Source: a virus. From it: 28,657 bases of DNA. This document shows positions 9,211 to 19,731 of the stretch, in pieces (position 1 is the first letter of the stretch; each line of letters starts with the position of its first letter). Under the pieces are notes generated by a model. It did no database searches. It saw only the letters and a program-made list of their open reading frames with translations, and was not told the origin of the DNA. Position numbers and translations under genes: made by a program. The stretch is from the UHGV virus genome UHGV-0074437; one strand, given 5' to 3'.

Positions 9211-11273
9211 TTCGCATCAGGGTTTTTAACGCTGACTCAGACCGCTGGATCACCGTCAGGCCAAACGGGCCATACCATGAGGGACGCCCGGTAAAAATTG
9301 ATGAGAATGGAGAAATCAGGGCTGGCATGGGGGGGAAGTTCAACGGTAAGAAGATTGGGGAGATCGGGAAGGATTTTTCCGGCCCACAAAGTCCACCACA
9401 GCAGGTAATTCAGGAACGACTGAAAGAAAAAACGGTGAGGCAGGATCCTGCTGTTGCTGAAAGGCGAAAAGGTGACGAGGAACGTGCAGCAGCGGAAAAA
9501 AGGCTTCGCACCGCACTAAAAAAAGCCATCGAAGGGCAGCGTGGAAAAGAAGTACAGAATCCGCCGGAAGCACACCAGCGCTCCACGCAGCCTGAGCCCG
9601 GAAAACTTGACAGTAACGCTATGAAATCCTGGGCTTTATTGTGGAAGCGCGGAAATCCGGTGAAAACGAAAAATACTTCACTGAAACGTGCGAATGAAAC
9701 ACTTACTGCCAATGGATTTCATCCTTTACCTGATAATGTCGCCAGAATAGCAACAAACCGAATTGGTCATTCATTTGCCGCAGGCAATGGTATTGGCCTT
9801 AACGAACTGCTGTCCACCAAGGAACGGCTTTATGACATCGGTGGACGAAATTACTTAAGAGGCTTATTCACCGCTAATGAAGTGGAACAATTAACAAACG
9901 CCGGATTACTGACCCCTGTTTCCGGTGGCGGACTGTTTGATCACATCCCGACAGACAAAGGCGTTACTTTCTTTTCGTCAGTCATACATTCTCAACAGGA
10001 ACAAATGTTGAGTACCGCAAAAGGAACCCGCGACGCGGCGTATACAAAAGGCATCAGGTATTTTTTCAATACCCGGCTGGGGGAAACCCGCTATCAGCTG
10101 GCTGACGGCTCGCTGCTGTGCAAAGACGTGCCGATAGGACGAACAGGTAAGCAGCTCTATGGTGCTGATGACCTGCCAAACCTCAAACCCGACAAGCTCG
10201 GTGAGATAGTCGTCACGCGTTCTCCTGAGCAGGTATTCCATCCCGCCACGCTTGCCTCATTCGAAGGAATGAGTATCACGGTGTTGCATCCCGAGGATGA
10301 AAACGGGGATGTGCGGCTGGTGAATCCAGAGAACTGGAAAGAGCTTGCTGTCGGGCATCTTCAGAATGTCCGGCGCGGGACGGGTGTGCAGTCTGATTTG
10401 ATGCTGGCTGACCTTATCGTCAAAGACGAAAGCGCCATTCAGCTTATCGAAGATGGCCTGCGCGAAGTGTCGTGTGGCTATGACGCGGAGTACGAGCAGA
10501 CCGAGCCAGGTAAAGCCGAGCAGGTCGATATTACCGGAAACCATGTGGCTCTTGTCCCTAAAGGCAGAGCCGGAAATCGTTGTGCAATTGGAGACAGAGA
10601 CACAATGGCAAATCAAAAGAAAAGCTGGTGGACCCGCATGCGCACGGCCATCAAAACGGGTGACGCTGACACCATGAACGAACTGCTGGACTCTGCGCCA
10701 GCGGCGGTAACGGGTGATGAAGGGGATCTGCCCAGCGGCGTTAACCTCAACATTAACCTTTCACCGCAGCAACCATTGCCGGACAAAAAGCCGGAAATGG
10801 GCGGAGAGCCAACCGGCGACGGCGAGGACGATATCAAAACCTTGCTTAAAGCCCTGCTGGCTAAGCTGGAAGGAAATGCGACGGGCGATAACGACAATAA
10901 GCCTGACGATAATCCGACCGGTGACGGCGAGGACGATGAAGAGGAAACCACGATTACTGGTGACTCAGCCTGGCGTGCCGAAGTTATCGTTCCGGGTATC
11001 GATCTGAGCCGTAAGATGAAACCGACCGCGTTCAAACGCGAGGTTCTGGCTTCCGCTGACAAAACGCTGGTTCGCCAGATAGTCGGCGATGCGGATATCC
11101 GCAAATTGCCGAAACAATCGGTCAACATGGCGTTTAATGCCGTGTCAGAGATTGCCAAAGGGCGAAACACCCGCAGCACCACGGGCGATGCACAACGTCC
11201 AAATATGGGCATGACCAGCATCGCTTCCCTGAACAAACAAAACGCCGACTTCTGGTCTAACCGCAAAGGATAA
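9207..11273 (+). CDS. Large multi-domain head protein: unassigned N-terminal domain, central prohead-maturation-like domain (DUF2213-like as recalled), acidic Gly/Asp-rich scaffold-like C-terminus
   Basis: 688-aa ORF overlapping the Mu-F-like gene stop (ATGA); occupies the scaffold/protease slot between head morphogenesis and capsid genes; C-terminal repeats TGDGEDD...[10 protein letters not shown] are typical of scaffolding regions; the N-terminal ~270 aa have no motif I recognise. Confidence 0.65.
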   Translation: MIRIRVFNADSDRWITVRPNGPYHEGRPVKIDENGEIRAGMGGKFNGKKIGEIGKDFSGPQSPPQQVIQERLKEKTVRQDPAVAERRKGDEERAAAEKRLRTALKKAIEGQRGKEVQNPPEAHQRSTQPEPGKLDSNAMKSWALLWKRGNPVKTKNTSLKRANETLTANGFHPLPDNVARIATNRIGHSFAAGNGIGLNELLSTKERLYDIGGRNYLRGLFTANEVEQLTNAGLLTPVSGGGLFDHIPTDKGVTFFSSVIHSQQEQMLSTAKGTRDAAYTKGIRYFFNTRLGETRYQLADGSLLCKDVPIGRTGKQLYGADDLPNLKPDKLGEIVVTRSPEQVFHPATLASFEGMSITVLHPEDENGDVRLVNPENWKELAVGHLQNVRRGTGVQSDLMLADLIVKDESAIQLIEDGLREVSCGYDAEYEQTEPGKAEQVDITGNHVALVPKGRAGNRCAIGDRDTMANQKKSWWTRMRTAIKTGDADTMNELLDSAPAAVTGDEGDLPSGVNLNINLSPQQPLPDKKPEMGGEPTGDGEDDIKTLLKALLAKLEGNATGDNDNKPDDNPTGDGEDDEEETTITGDSAWRAEVIVPGIDLSRKMKPTAFKREVLASADKTLVRQIVGDADIRKLPKQSVNMAFNAVSEIAKGRNTRSTTGDAQRPNMGMTSIASLNKQNADFWSNRKG

Positions 11274-11277
11274 TCCA

Positions 11278-11781
11278 ATGACTGCATATCTGTACCGGAT
11301 GCCTGTTGGCATTGCCGGGGCTATCTCTCGCCCGCAGGACTTAACCGTCGAACCGGTGGTCCTTAAATCCGATAACGCCTTTGCTGCCTACGGGCTGGCT
11401 GGTAAATACGATGATGACGGTTTTTTCGTGCCGCTGGAGGACGGTGACACCGCCGACAAGGTGAAGGGGATCTACGTTCGTCCGTATCCGACCACATCGC
11501 AGCCAGACATGGTTCGCCAGGTGGGGACGGATAAGAATTTCCCGGGCGACGCCATGAAACGTGGCTACATGACCGTTAACCTTGGATCTGGCTTCGATGC
11601 CAGCACCATCAAAAAAGGTGATCCTGTCTACGTGGTCGTTTCGCTCGATTCAACCATTGACGTGCCGCTGGGCGGCTTCATGTCCACGTCCGTCAGTGGC
11701 AAAAACGTGGCGCTGACCAACGCCGAATTCACAGGGGCCGGTGACGCTAACGGCAATGCAGAAATCTCCTGGAAGATTTAA
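11278..11781 (+). CDS. Putative head structural or decoration protein
   Basis: 167-aa ORF with AAAGGA RBS, located between the scaffold-like gene and the major capsid gene; function assigned from position only. Confidence 0.45.
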   Translation: MTAYLYRMPVGIAGAISRPQDLTVEPVVLKSDNAFAAYGLAGKYDDDGFFVPLEDGDTADKVKGIYVRPYPTTSQPDMVRQVGTDKNFPGDAMKRGYMTVNLGSGFDASTIKKGDPVYVVVSLDSTIDVPLGGFMSTSVSGKNVALTNAEFTGAGDANGNAEISWKI

Positions 11782-11792
11782 GGAACAGACGA

Positions 11793-12734
11793 ATGATTAC
11801 TTTTGATCAGGCAACCGTTGATAGCTCTGGTGCCTTTCTCATCGGGGAGCTGGAGCGACTCGACCAGACGCTGAACCTGCCGCTGGTGGGTTACACCTGG
11901 ACCCGCGATATTCAGCTGCGTGAAGACGTTTCTATCGCAGATGACATTTCCAGCTGGACTAACACCAGCTTTGGCGCTGCGGGTACTGGCGCAAATCCGA
12001 ACGGTAAAAACTGGGTAGGCAAAGACTCAACCGCTATTGCTGGCGTGAACGTGGATATCGGCAAATCCGGTAACCCGCTGAACCTGTGGGGGATGGAACT
12101 TGGCTGGACCGTTGTAGAGCTGGCAGCAGCTCAGCAGGTAGGTCGCCCGATTGACACCCAGAAGTACGACGGGATGCAGCTCAAATGGCAGATGGACAAC
12201 GACGAGCAGGTGTATGTTGGCGATTCCGCATTAAACCTGAAAGGCCTTGTTACCCTGAACGGTGTTCCTGTCAACAACGCTGCCAAAACGTGGGCAACCT
12301 CAACACCGGACGAAATCCGCGCAAGCATTAACCAGGTGCTGTCTGATGCGTGGGCCGCTTCTGGTTACTCTGTGGTTCCGCGTGATTTGCTGATCCCGCC
12401 AGAGCAGTTTGCTCTGTTGTCCAGCATCATCGTTTCATCTGCGGGTAACCAGTCCCTGTTGACGTACCTTCAGACCAACACCATCAGCTATCACCAGAAC
12501 GGTGTTCCGCTGAATATCCGCGCGGTTAAATGGCTGAAAGGCCGTGGTGTGGGGAATAAGGATCGCATGGTTGCGTACACCAACGATAAAAAATACGTCC
12601 GCTATCCGCTGGTGCCGTTGCAGAGCGTTCCTATCCAGTATCGCGGTCTGTATCAGATTGCGACCTACTACGGCAAGCTGGGTGCGGTTGAGCCAGTGTA
12701 CAAAGAAACCATTTCGTACGTTGATGGCATTTAA
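11793..12734 (+). CDS. Putative major capsid protein
   Basis: 313-aa ORF with strong AAGGA RBS, in the canonical position after scaffold and decoration genes; size and composition fit a major capsid protein; family identity not verified. Confidence 0.7.
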   Translation: MITFDQATVDSSGAFLIGELERLDQTLNLPLVGYTWTRDIQLREDVSIADDISSWTNTSFGAAGTGANPNGKNWVGKDSTAIAGVNVDIGKSGNPLNLWGMELGWTVVELAAAQQVGRPIDTQKYDGMQLKWQMDNDEQVYVGDSALNLKGLVTLNGVPVNNAAKTWATSTPDEIRASINQVLSDAWAASGYSVVPRDLLIPPEQFALLSSIIVSSAGNQSLLTYLQTNTISYHQNGVPLNIRAVKWLKGRGVGNKDRMVAYTNDKKYVRYPLVPLQSVPIQYRGLYQIATYYGKLGAVEPVYKETISYVDGI

Positions 12735-12775
12735 CAGCCACATGGCCCCCTGGCGGGGCCATTAAGGATGACCCG

Positions 12776-12997
12776 ATGGCAAAAAATAATGCAGTAATAC
12801 ACGTACATACCCCGTTTGTGCTCACGCTTCCCGACGGTTCGCGGCGCGAGTTTGTTAAAGGCCGTCATGCAGTGGAGGAAGACGTTGCCACGCACTGGTT
12901 CACTCGTGCGCACGCGGAAGTATCCGTTGGCAAAGCCACAGACGCGCGTAACGAGGTAAAAAATGCCAAAGAATCAAAGTCTGCCAGCGGTAAGTGA
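12776..12997 (+). CDS. Hypothetical small virion-associated protein
   Basis: 73-aa ORF with AAGGA RBS 7 nt upstream, immediately after the capsid gene; overlaps the next ORF by 35 nt in a different frame. Confidence 0.4.
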   Translation: MAKNNAVIHVHTPFVLTLPDGSRREFVKGRHAVEEDVATHWFTRAHAEVSVGKATDARNEVKNAKESKSASGK

Positions 12998-13370
12998 TTT
13001 TCGCCGCGACTTCCCGCAGTTTGCTGACCCTGCCAAATATCCCGAAGCGCAAATCCAGTTTCGTCTGAATCTGGCCGATGAACTGCTGAGCGAAAACGTC
13101 ACCGGCAAAGATTTGTTTCCGTACTTTGCCGGGTTGTTCGTGGCTCACTACATGACGCTATGGGCGGCAGATAGTCGGGCAATGCTGGTTGGCGGCCCGG
13201 GCGGTTCAACCAATGGTGTTCAATCCTCCAAGTCCGTTGACAAGGTAAGCGTCAGCTATGACACCAGCGCGACGCTAAACCCTGACGCAGGCTTCTGGAA
13301 TAACACCCGATATGGCGCTGAATTTTATCAGCTGATCACGATGTTCGGTGCGGGCGGTCGCCAGCTATGA
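12963..13370 (+). CDS. Putative head completion / head-tail adaptor protein
   Basis: 135-aa ORF in the head-to-tail joining block of the operon; stop overlaps the next gene start (ATGA); function assigned from position only. Confidence 0.45.
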   Translation: MPKNQSLPAVSDFRRDFPQFADPAKYPEAQIQFRLNLADELLSENVTGKDLFPYFAGLFVAHYMTLWAADSRAMLVGGPGGSTNGVQSSKSVDKVSVSYDTSATLNPDAGFWNNTRYGAEFYQLITMFGAGGRQL

Positions 13371-13954
13371 GTTTCAAAAGCGGTGTAACAACGAGGGTGG
13401 ATAACGCTCAGGCCATTCTGGATGCGCTCAGGTCGCTAACCAAAAAGGATGTGCTGGTCGGCATCCCTTCGGAAGACAGCGAGCGTGAAGATGTTCCGTT
13501 TGGTAATGCCGGGATCGGCTATGTCAACGAATACGGCTCACCAGCGCAAAACATCCCCCCACGCCCGCACCTGATCCCAGGCGTTAAATCGGTAGAAGAA
13601 CAGACAGTGCCGCAGCTCAAAGCAGCGGCGCAGGCTGCGCTTGATGGTAATGCGGCGGGAGCAGAACGCGCACTCAACCGTGCCGGAACGCTGGCCGCTA
13701 ATGGCGTCAGGCGTTACATGACTATTACCGGCTTTACACCGCTTGCTGATAGCACCGTTGAAGCCCGCGCACGTCGAGGGCGCAAAGGGGCGAAAGCTGA
13801 GTTAGCACGCAGATCGGCAGACGGAAAGCTTAATGCTATCAACCCAGATTCTGGTCAATTGATAAGCAATGAGAATGTAAGGCCGTTGATTGATACCGGA
13901 CAGTACCGCAGAGCCATTACCCATGTTGTGAGGGATAAAGATGCCGACTCTTGA
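13367..13954 (+). CDS. Putative head-tail joining structural protein
   Basis: 195-aa ORF translationally coupled to its neighbours; no specific motif recognised. Confidence 0.45.
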   Translation: MSFKSGVTTRVDNAQAILDALRSLTKKDVLVGIPSEDSEREDVPFGNAGIGYVNEYGSPAQNIPPRPHLIPGVKSVEEQTVPQLKAAAQAALDGNAAGAERALNRAGTLAANGVRRYMTITGFTPLADSTVEARARRGRKGAKAELARRSADGKLNAINPDSGQLISNENVRPLIDTGQYRRAITHVVRDKDADS

Positions 13955-14327
13955 TGTAACAGACGTGCTTTTCGACCCCGATTTTTGCGACTTCAACCTG
14001 TGGGTAACGCGTCGCGTGCAAACGGTGGACGAGGACGGGATCGGCAGTGACAGCGAAGTTAAAACGCAGTTTGCCGGAGTTGTTACCGTTGACCGCTCCC
14101 TGGAGAACCGCCGTATGCAGTCCGGGCAAGTTATCAGTGGCGCGATTCTTATCGTGACAACTGAGCGGCTGACACAGGGGCAGACTGGCCGTGATGCCGA
14201 TATCGTGACGTATCAGGGCCGTGATTATCGTGTGACATTCGTCGACCCGTATACCGCTTACGGTGCTGGCTTCGTCCAGGCGCATTGCGAACTGTTGCCG
14301 TTTGATGGGGGTACTCCCGTTGAGTAA
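13941..14327 (+). CDS. Putative neck or tail completion protein
   Basis: 128-aa ORF overlapping the upstream gene by 14 nt, in the collinear structural operon. Confidence 0.45.
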   Translation: MPTLDVTDVLFDPDFCDFNLWVTRRVQTVDEDGIGSDSEVKTQFAGVVTVDRSLENRRMQSGQVISGAILIVTTERLTQGQTGRDADIVTYQGRDYRVTFVDPYTAYGAGFVQAHCELLPFDGGTPVE

Positions 14328-14868
14328 TAACACCAGCACAGAGCGCGGCTGGCTGACACCCACCAGCGGCGATCCGGCTTATGACGAAGCGCTCGACAGG
14401 CTGTTAAGCCAGTGGATGCGTAACGTTTCCGGTCTGTCTGCCGGGATGGTTCGTCCGCGCTGGCAGAAAAATCAGCCGCCACTGCCACCCGTTGAAACGA
14501 ACTGGTGCGCGTTTGGCGTTACCGGGTTGCTCATTGATAACAACCCTGCATTCACCGGGCAGACTGAAGAGGGCGCTCAGCTCTGGAGGCATGAAACGTT
14601 CGAGTGCATGGCGTCGTTCTATGGTCCGGCTGGTATGTCTTATGCGTCCCGTTTTCGCGATGGTATATCTGTCCCGCAAAACAATGCTGAGCTGAACGCG
14701 CTTGGTTTATCCCTTGGCGACTATACCGCTCTGACCCCTTTCCCCGAACTTATCAACCAGCAATGGGTTCGCCGTTACGACATGACGGTGCGACTGCGCC
14801 GGAAGGTTGTCCGCGAGTATGGCATCAAATCGCTGGTGGATGCACCAGTATCATTTTTTGGAGATTAA
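14305..14868 (+). CDS. Putative tail completion / structural protein
   Basis: Open frame 14263-14868; first in-frame ATG at 14305 (alternative TTG at 14320); lies just upstream of the sheath-like gene. Start is uncertain. Confidence 0.45.
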   Translation: MGVLPLSNNTSTERGWLTPTSGDPAYDEALDRLLSQWMRNVSGLSAGMVRPRWQKNQPPLPPVETNWCAFGVTGLLIDNNPAFTGQTEEGAQLWRHETFECMASFYGPAGMSYASRFRDGISVPQNNAELNALGLSLGDYTALTPFPELINQQWVRRYDMTVRLRRKVVREYGIKSLVDAPVSFFGD

Positions 14869-14871
14869 CCT

Positions 14872-16032
14872 ATGGCACAGGGCTTACCTGTATCCAACGT
14901 TGTAAACGTTGATGTGATCATCTCGCCGAAAGCGGCTACTGGTCGTAACTTCGGCGCGCTGCTGATCCTCGGCTCTTCCACTGTCATTCCGGTGCAGGAA
15001 CGCATTCGCCTTTATGCGTCCGTTGAGGACATTGGCGAGGACTTCGGAGTCGACAGCCCGGAATATGAAGCGGCGCAGGTTTTCTTCAGCCAGTCACCGA
15101 AGCCGACACAGGTTTATGTTGGTCGCTGGGCGAAGACGCTGAGTTCTTCCGAGAGTGGAGATACTGAAACTATCGTGCAAGCCGTTAATGCCTGCCTGCA
15201 ATATACCAACTGGTATGGGCTGGTTGTCGCTGATGATGTTGTCGCTGGTGGCGATGTGCTTGATGCTGATGACGTGATTGAGGTCGCCAAACTTATTGAA
15301 GCGTCCAGCCTTAGCCGTATCTTTGGTGTGACCTCTGCCGACGCCGAGATTATCAGCACGACTTCGACGACCGATGTTGCGTCGAAATTAAAGGCTGGCA
15401 AGTATTCCCGTACCTTTGTTCAGTATTCCACCAGCAGCCCTTATGCGGCTGTTTCAGCTTTCGGTCGCGCGTTTACTGTCAATTTCAACGGCAGCAATAC
15501 CACCATTACCCTGAAATTCAAACAGGAACCGAGCGTAACCTACGAAACGCTGACGGTAGGACAGGCGGCGGCTGTGGATGCGAAGAATGCGAACGTGTTC
15601 GTGTACTACGCCAACGACACGGCGATCCTGCAACAGGGCGTCATGGCGAACGGTGACTTCTTCGACGAGCGCCACGGGCTCGACTGGTTGCAGAACTACG
15701 TTCAGACCAACCTCTATAACCTGCTTTACACCAGCACCACCAAAATTCCGCAGACTGATGCCGGTGTGACCCGTCTGCTTTCCAACGTTGAACAGTCCAT
15801 GGATCAGTCCGTCACGAACGGTCTGGTAGCGGCTGGCGTGTGGAATGGTGGACCTATCGGACAGCTGAATTCCGGCGATACGCTGACCAAAGGTTATTAC
15901 GTGTATGCGCAACCTCTTTCAGAACAGGCGCAGGCCGACCGAGAAGCTCGCAAAGCACCGTTAATTCAGGTGGCCTGTAAGCTGGCTGGCGCAGTTCATT
16001 ATGCCGATGTGCAGATCAACGTAGTTCGCTAA
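14872..16032 (+). CDS. Putative tail sheath protein (DUF3383-like as recalled)
   Basis: 386-aa ORF with GGAG RBS, first gene of the tail block, followed by a tube-sized gene, chaperone and tape measure: the sheath position in contractile-tail phages. Confidence 0.5.
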   Translation: MAQGLPVSNVVNVDVIISPKAATGRNFGALLILGSSTVIPVQERIRLYASVEDIGEDFGVDSPEYEAAQVFFSQSPKPTQVYVGRWAKTLSSSESGDTETIVQAVNACLQYTNWYGLVVADDVVAGGDVLDADDVIEVAKLIEASSLSRIFGVTSADAEIISTTSTTDVASKLKAGKYSRTFVQYSTSSPYAAVSAFGRAFTVNFNGSNTTITLKFKQEPSVTYETLTVGQAAAVDAKNANVFVYYANDTAILQQGVMANGDFFDERHGLDWLQNYVQTNLYNLLYTSTTKIPQTDAGVTRLLSNVEQSMDQSVTNGLVAAGVWNGGPIGQLNSGDTLTKGYYVYAQPLSEQAQADREARKAPLIQVACKLAGAVHYADVQINVVR

Positions 16033-16042
16033 GGAGCGATAA

Positions 16043-16483
16043 ATGGCAACTTATTCTTTTCTCGATGTAACCGCGTCGCTCACCGGGCCGACCGGCGTTA
16101 TCGATCTTGGTCAGGGTTCTGCCAACTCTGAGGAAGGTATCACCCAGACCATGGGCGGCAACAAGAACACTATGACCATCGGTGCCGATGGCGAAGTGAT
16201 GCACAGCCTGCACGCCGATAAGTCAGGCACCATTACGGTGACGCTGCTGAAAACCTCCCCGGTGAACAAGAAGCTGTCTCTGGCGTATAACGCGCAAAGC
16301 CAGTCCTCTGCCACCTGGGGCAATAACGTGATCGTCATTCGCAACACGGCATCGGGTGATATTTCTACTGCGCGTTCGTGCGCATTCCAGAAACAGCCTG
16401 ATTTCAATAACGCCAAAGAGGGCGGGACTGTTTCCTGGGTGTTCGACTGCGGCAAGATTGACCAGCTGCTCGGGGAGTTTTAA
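16043..16483 (+). CDS. Putative tail tube protein
   Basis: 146-aa ORF with AAGGAG RBS directly after the sheath-like gene and before the chaperone. Confidence 0.5.
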   Translation: MATYSFLDVTASLTGPTGVIDLGQGSANSEEGITQTMGGNKNTMTIGADGEVMHSLHADKSGTITVTLLKTSPVNKKLSLAYNAQSQSSATWGNNVIVIRNTASGDISTARSCAFQKQPDFNNAKEGGTVSWVFDCGKIDQLLGEF

Positions 16484-16486
16484 CGC

Positions 16487-16912
16487 ATGGAATTCGAAAT
16501 TAAAGGCGTGAAATATCGCACCGCAAAGCTCAGCGTTTTCGAACAGCTGAAGGTGTCCCGCAAGCTGTTGCCGGTGCTGGCCGGGATGGTTTCTGACTTT
16601 CGGAGCGTTCAGGAGAAGATCAGCAGCAAAGACACCGAAGGTGCGATGGCTACCATCCTGCCAAAGATTGCCAATGCTGTGTCCGATCTGAGCGATGGCG
16701 ACGTGGACGCTATCCTGTTCCCCTGCCTTTCCGTTGTTTCACGCGAGCACATGAAAGGCTGGGTGCCGGTCTGCCAGCATGGCGAAATGGCGTTTGACGA
16801 TATCGACCTGTTGACCATGCTGCAACTGGTGGCGCGGGTGGTCGCCGACTCGCTGGGAAATTTTTTGCAAGGACTCCCTACCAGCGAGACGCCCACCCCG
16901 CCAGCGGAATAA
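16487..16912 (+). CDS. Tail assembly chaperone (short, unshifted form)
   Basis: 141-aa acidic ORF immediately upstream of the tape measure gene; contains the slippery heptamer T_TTT_TTG at 16861-16867 near its 3' end. Confidence 0.7.
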   Translation: MEFEIKGVKYRTAKLSVFEQLKVSRKLLPVLAGMVSDFRSVQEKISSKDTEGAMATILPKIANAVSDLSDGDVDAILFPCLSVVSREHMKGWVPVCQHGEMAFDDIDLLTMLQLVARVVADSLGNFLQGLPTSETPTPPAE

Positions 16913-17100
16913 CCTTCAACAGCCTGCCGGGCGGTGAAGATTTTATTCTTCGTCCGGCGCTTGCCTTCCAGATTGACCAGAAAGACCTTAACAGCGGTGC
17001 GGTAGACCTCTGCCGCATCGCGCTTCTCAATGACTACCTCGACATGCGCGAGGATAACGACGCCCGGGTAGATAAATGGAGAGCGGCCAATGAGCGGTAA
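16861..17100 (+). other. Predicted -1 programmed ribosomal frameshift extension of the tail assembly chaperone (G/GT-type long form)
   Basis: Slippery heptamer TTTTTTG in X_XXY_YYZ register at 16861-16867; the -1 frame is then open for 79 codons with no stop, from 16861 to a TAA at 17098-17100 that overlaps the tape measure start codon; the extension has no ATG of its own and therefore does not appear in the ORF track. Confidence 0.6.
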
Positions 17101-19105
17101 CGCAGATACGATTAAAGATTTCCTTGTTTCGCTGGGATTCGATATCGATCAGGCTGGCGCTAATAAGTTTGAAGCCGTGCTGAAAGGCGTTACCGCGAAC
17201 GTTCTGAAGGTCGGCGCTGTGGTGAAAGGCTCAGCGCTTAGCATTGTCGGATTTACCACCCAGATCGCGAATGGTCTGGATAAAATTTACTGGGCATCCC
17301 AGCGGACGGGGGCCAGCGTCCAGGGCATCAAAGCGCTGGGCTATGCCGCATCGCAAACCGGTGCCAGCGCCGAGTCGGCCATGTCCTCTCTTGAAGGGTT
17401 GGCTGGTTTCATGCGTAGCAATCCGGGGGCGGAAGGGTTCCTGAACCGTCTGGGCGTACAGACCCGCGATGCCAGCGGAAAGATGCGTGATACTGCGGCC
17501 ATCTTTACTGGTGTTGGGCAAAAGCTCAACAACATGCCGTATTACCGCGCGAAGCAATACGCGCAGATGCTCGGCATCGATGAAAACACGCTGATGGCGA
17601 TGCGCAGAGGGATGGGGCAGCTCAGTTCTGAGTACGCGTTGACGGCAAAGCGTATTGGTTTTAATGCTGAGTCAGCGGCTAAACAGTCCAATATTTTCAT
17701 GACCTCCATGCGTAATCTGACGATGACGCTTGGACAGGCGAAAGACAAGATTGGCTCTAACTTGGCTGGTGGACTTGCTGGCAGTATTGATAACTTCCGC
17801 AGGCAGATACTCGACAACTGGCCGAAGATTGAAGCAGTCATCACGAAGATCATCAAAGGAATTCTCTGGGCAGGTGACGCGATTACCCGCGTGTTATGGC
17901 GAACTGGGCAAGCTGTTGAGGGTGTGATCGCCTGGTTCAAAAAGCTGAACCCAGCCACGCAGCAGCTTATCGCATTGTTCAGTGGGCTGTTGGTTGCATG
18001 GCGGCTGCTAAATACCGCTTTCATGTCATCACCCTTGGGCATGATAACCACGCTTATTATTGCGCTTGGTCTGCTCTGGGATGATTACCAGACGTGGAAA
18101 GAAGGCGGCAAAAGCCTGATTGACTGGGGGAAATGGAAAACTGAAATTGATCAGGCCGTCAAAATGATTGGCGACCTGAAAAAGACTGTTACGGATCTGA
18201 CAAAAGCGCTGGCTAAGTTGCTCGGTATCGACCCCAAGTCATGGTCCCTAAAGTGGGATTTTAGCAACTTCATTTCGCAAATGGGTGAGTTCGGCAAGAT
18301 GCTGAACATGATCGCTGATTTGCTGAATGCCATAAAAGATGGCAACTGGGCGCAGGCCGCTAGTATAGGCAAACAGCTGCTAAATCAGGGCAGCGAAAAT
18401 CCGTCAGCGATGCCGATGGTAACAGACAGCGCCAACGGTACCGCCGACTGGATTAAAGAGCACTGGGGATTCGATCCTCGCAGCGTGGGCCGAACGGTGC
18501 GCGGCTGGTTCGGTGATGATGAGCCTGAACAGCTCGGCCAGTCAGTTAAGCGGCCACAGCCAACCAAAGCAGGCTCTGAACTGCTGGGATGGATGCAGCC
18601 GATGTTTACCAACCTGGAACAGCTCTACCGGCTTCCGGAGGGGTTATTGCGCAGCGTGGCCATAACGGAATCGGGCGGTAATCAGTTCGCCGTTTCAGGC
18701 GCTGGCGCGAAAGGTCTGTTTCAGTTTATGGATGGCACGGCGCGCGACATGGGCCTGCGTGGCAATGATGTATTCGACCCGGAAAAGTCAGCTCAGGCAG
18801 CCGCTAAGTACCTCAGCCAGCTGTTGCGGCAGAACGGCGGAGACCTTAGCAAAGCACTGGCATCATATAACTGGGGGATCGGGAATGTTAAGCGTTATGG
18901 AATGGGGCTAATGCCGCAGGAAACGCGCAACTACATTCCGAAAGTAATGAGCAATATGCCCACCAGCGCCCCGGTGATTCAGCAGGAAACGAATATTAAC
19001 ATCCACGGTGTTTCCGATCCGCGTGAAGCTGCCCGTTTGACTGTTGACCGTCAAAAGGGCGTGAATTCACAGTTAACCCAGCAACTCCCCGCAGGACCGA
19101 GATAA
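17090..19105 (+). CDS. Tail tape measure protein with a C-terminal lytic transglycosylase (SLT) domain
   Basis: 671-aa ORF after the chaperone/frameshift; hydrophobic central segments; C-terminal motif LLRSVAITESGGNQFAVSGAGAKGLFQFMDGTARDMG...ALASYNWGIGNV with the catalytic-type ES pattern of family-1 lytic transglycosylases. Confidence 0.85.
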   Translation: MSGNADTIKDFLVSLGFDIDQAGANKFEAVLKGVTANVLKVGAVVKGSALSIVGFTTQIANGLDKIYWASQRTGASVQGIKALGYAASQTGASAESAMSSLEGLAGFMRSNPGAEGFLNRLGVQTRDASGKMRDTAAIFTGVGQKLNNMPYYRAKQYAQMLGIDENTLMAMRRGMGQLSSEYALTAKRIGFNAESAAKQSNIFMTSMRNLTMTLGQAKDKIGSNLAGGLAGSIDNFRRQILDNWPKIEAVITKIIKGILWAGDAITRVLWRTGQAVEGVIAWFKKLNPATQQLIALFSGLLVAWRLLNTAFMSSPLGMITTLIIALGLLWDDYQTWKEGGKSLIDWGKWKTEIDQAVKMIGDLKKTVTDLTKALAKLLGIDPKSWSLKWDFSNFISQMGEFGKMLNMIADLLNAIKDGNWAQAASIGKQLLNQGSENPSAMPMVTDSANGTADWIKEHWGFDPRSVGRTVRGWFGDDEPEQLGQSVKRPQPTKAGSELLGWMQPMFTNLEQLYRLPEGLLRSVAITESGGNQFAVSGAGAKGLFQFMDGTARDMGLRGNDVFDPEKSAQAAAKYLSQLLRQNGGDLSKALASYNWGIGNVKRYGMGLMPQETRNYIPKVMSNMPTSAPVIQQETNINIHGVSDPREAARLTVDRQKGVNSQLTQQLPAGPR

Positions 19106-19731
19106 TGGATATTTTATCAGCGATTTTTCGCCAGCAATCCCGGCGAATTGGCCTGCTGATCCCCAGCGTGGTCGTCTCCGAAAAGCATTCTGATGCGCTC
19201 GAAATTACTGAGCATCCGGTGGAGAAGCCAACAACGAATAGCGCGTCGGGTTTCATCGCCGATCATGCGTATAAGCGTCCCAGCGAAGTCACAATGGAAT
19301 GCGGCTTCGCTGGTGGCGGTTCGTTGCTGGACTTCATTGATACATCTTCAATCGGTCTTAGCGCTGGGCTTAGCCCAAAGGAGACATACCAAAAGCTGCT
19401 GGATATGCAGCTTGAGCGCGTACCGTTCGATGTGGTTACCGGGAAGAGGGTGTACAGCAATATGCTGGTGCGAGCCATTGAGGTGACGACCGATAAAACC
19501 AGCGAAAACGTGCTGAACTGCACGCTTACCCTGCGTGAAGTCATCATAACGCAGACAAAAAATGTCACCGTTGCTGATAAATCCGATATGCAGGACGGGG
19601 TTAGTACATCTGCGGTGCAGAATTCCGGGACTAAATCCACCACCCCGGTAAATGAATCGGTAATTAAGTCAACAGGGTGGTTTGATGGACTAAAAGGAAC
19701 CAGTCTTGGTAACTCTATAGGTATCCAATGA
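19105..19731 (+). CDS. Putative tail or baseplate protein
   Basis: 208-aa ORF whose ATG overlaps the tape measure stop, between the tape measure and baseplate genes; no specific motif recognised. Confidence 0.45.
   Translation: MDILSAIFRQQSRRIGLLIPSVVVSEKHSDALEITEHPVEKPTTNSASGFIADHAYKRPSEVTMECGFAGGGSLLDFIDTSSIGLSAGLSPKETYQKLLDMQLERVPFDVVTGKRVYSNMLVRAIEVTTDKTSENVLNCTLTLREVIITQTKNVTVADKSDMQDGVSTSAVQNSGTKSTTPVNESVIKSTGWFDGLKGTSLGNSIGIQ

Noticed and set aside
10613-11287. 224-aa minus-strand ORF antisense to the 3' end of the 688-aa head gene
   Set aside because: Ser/Pro-rich low-complexity translation mirroring the acidic Gly/Asp repeats on the coding strand; classic shadow ORF.
17231-18612. 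Several ORFs on both strands within the tape measure gene
   Set aside because: All overlap the long, well-supported tape measure frame; no independent signals.
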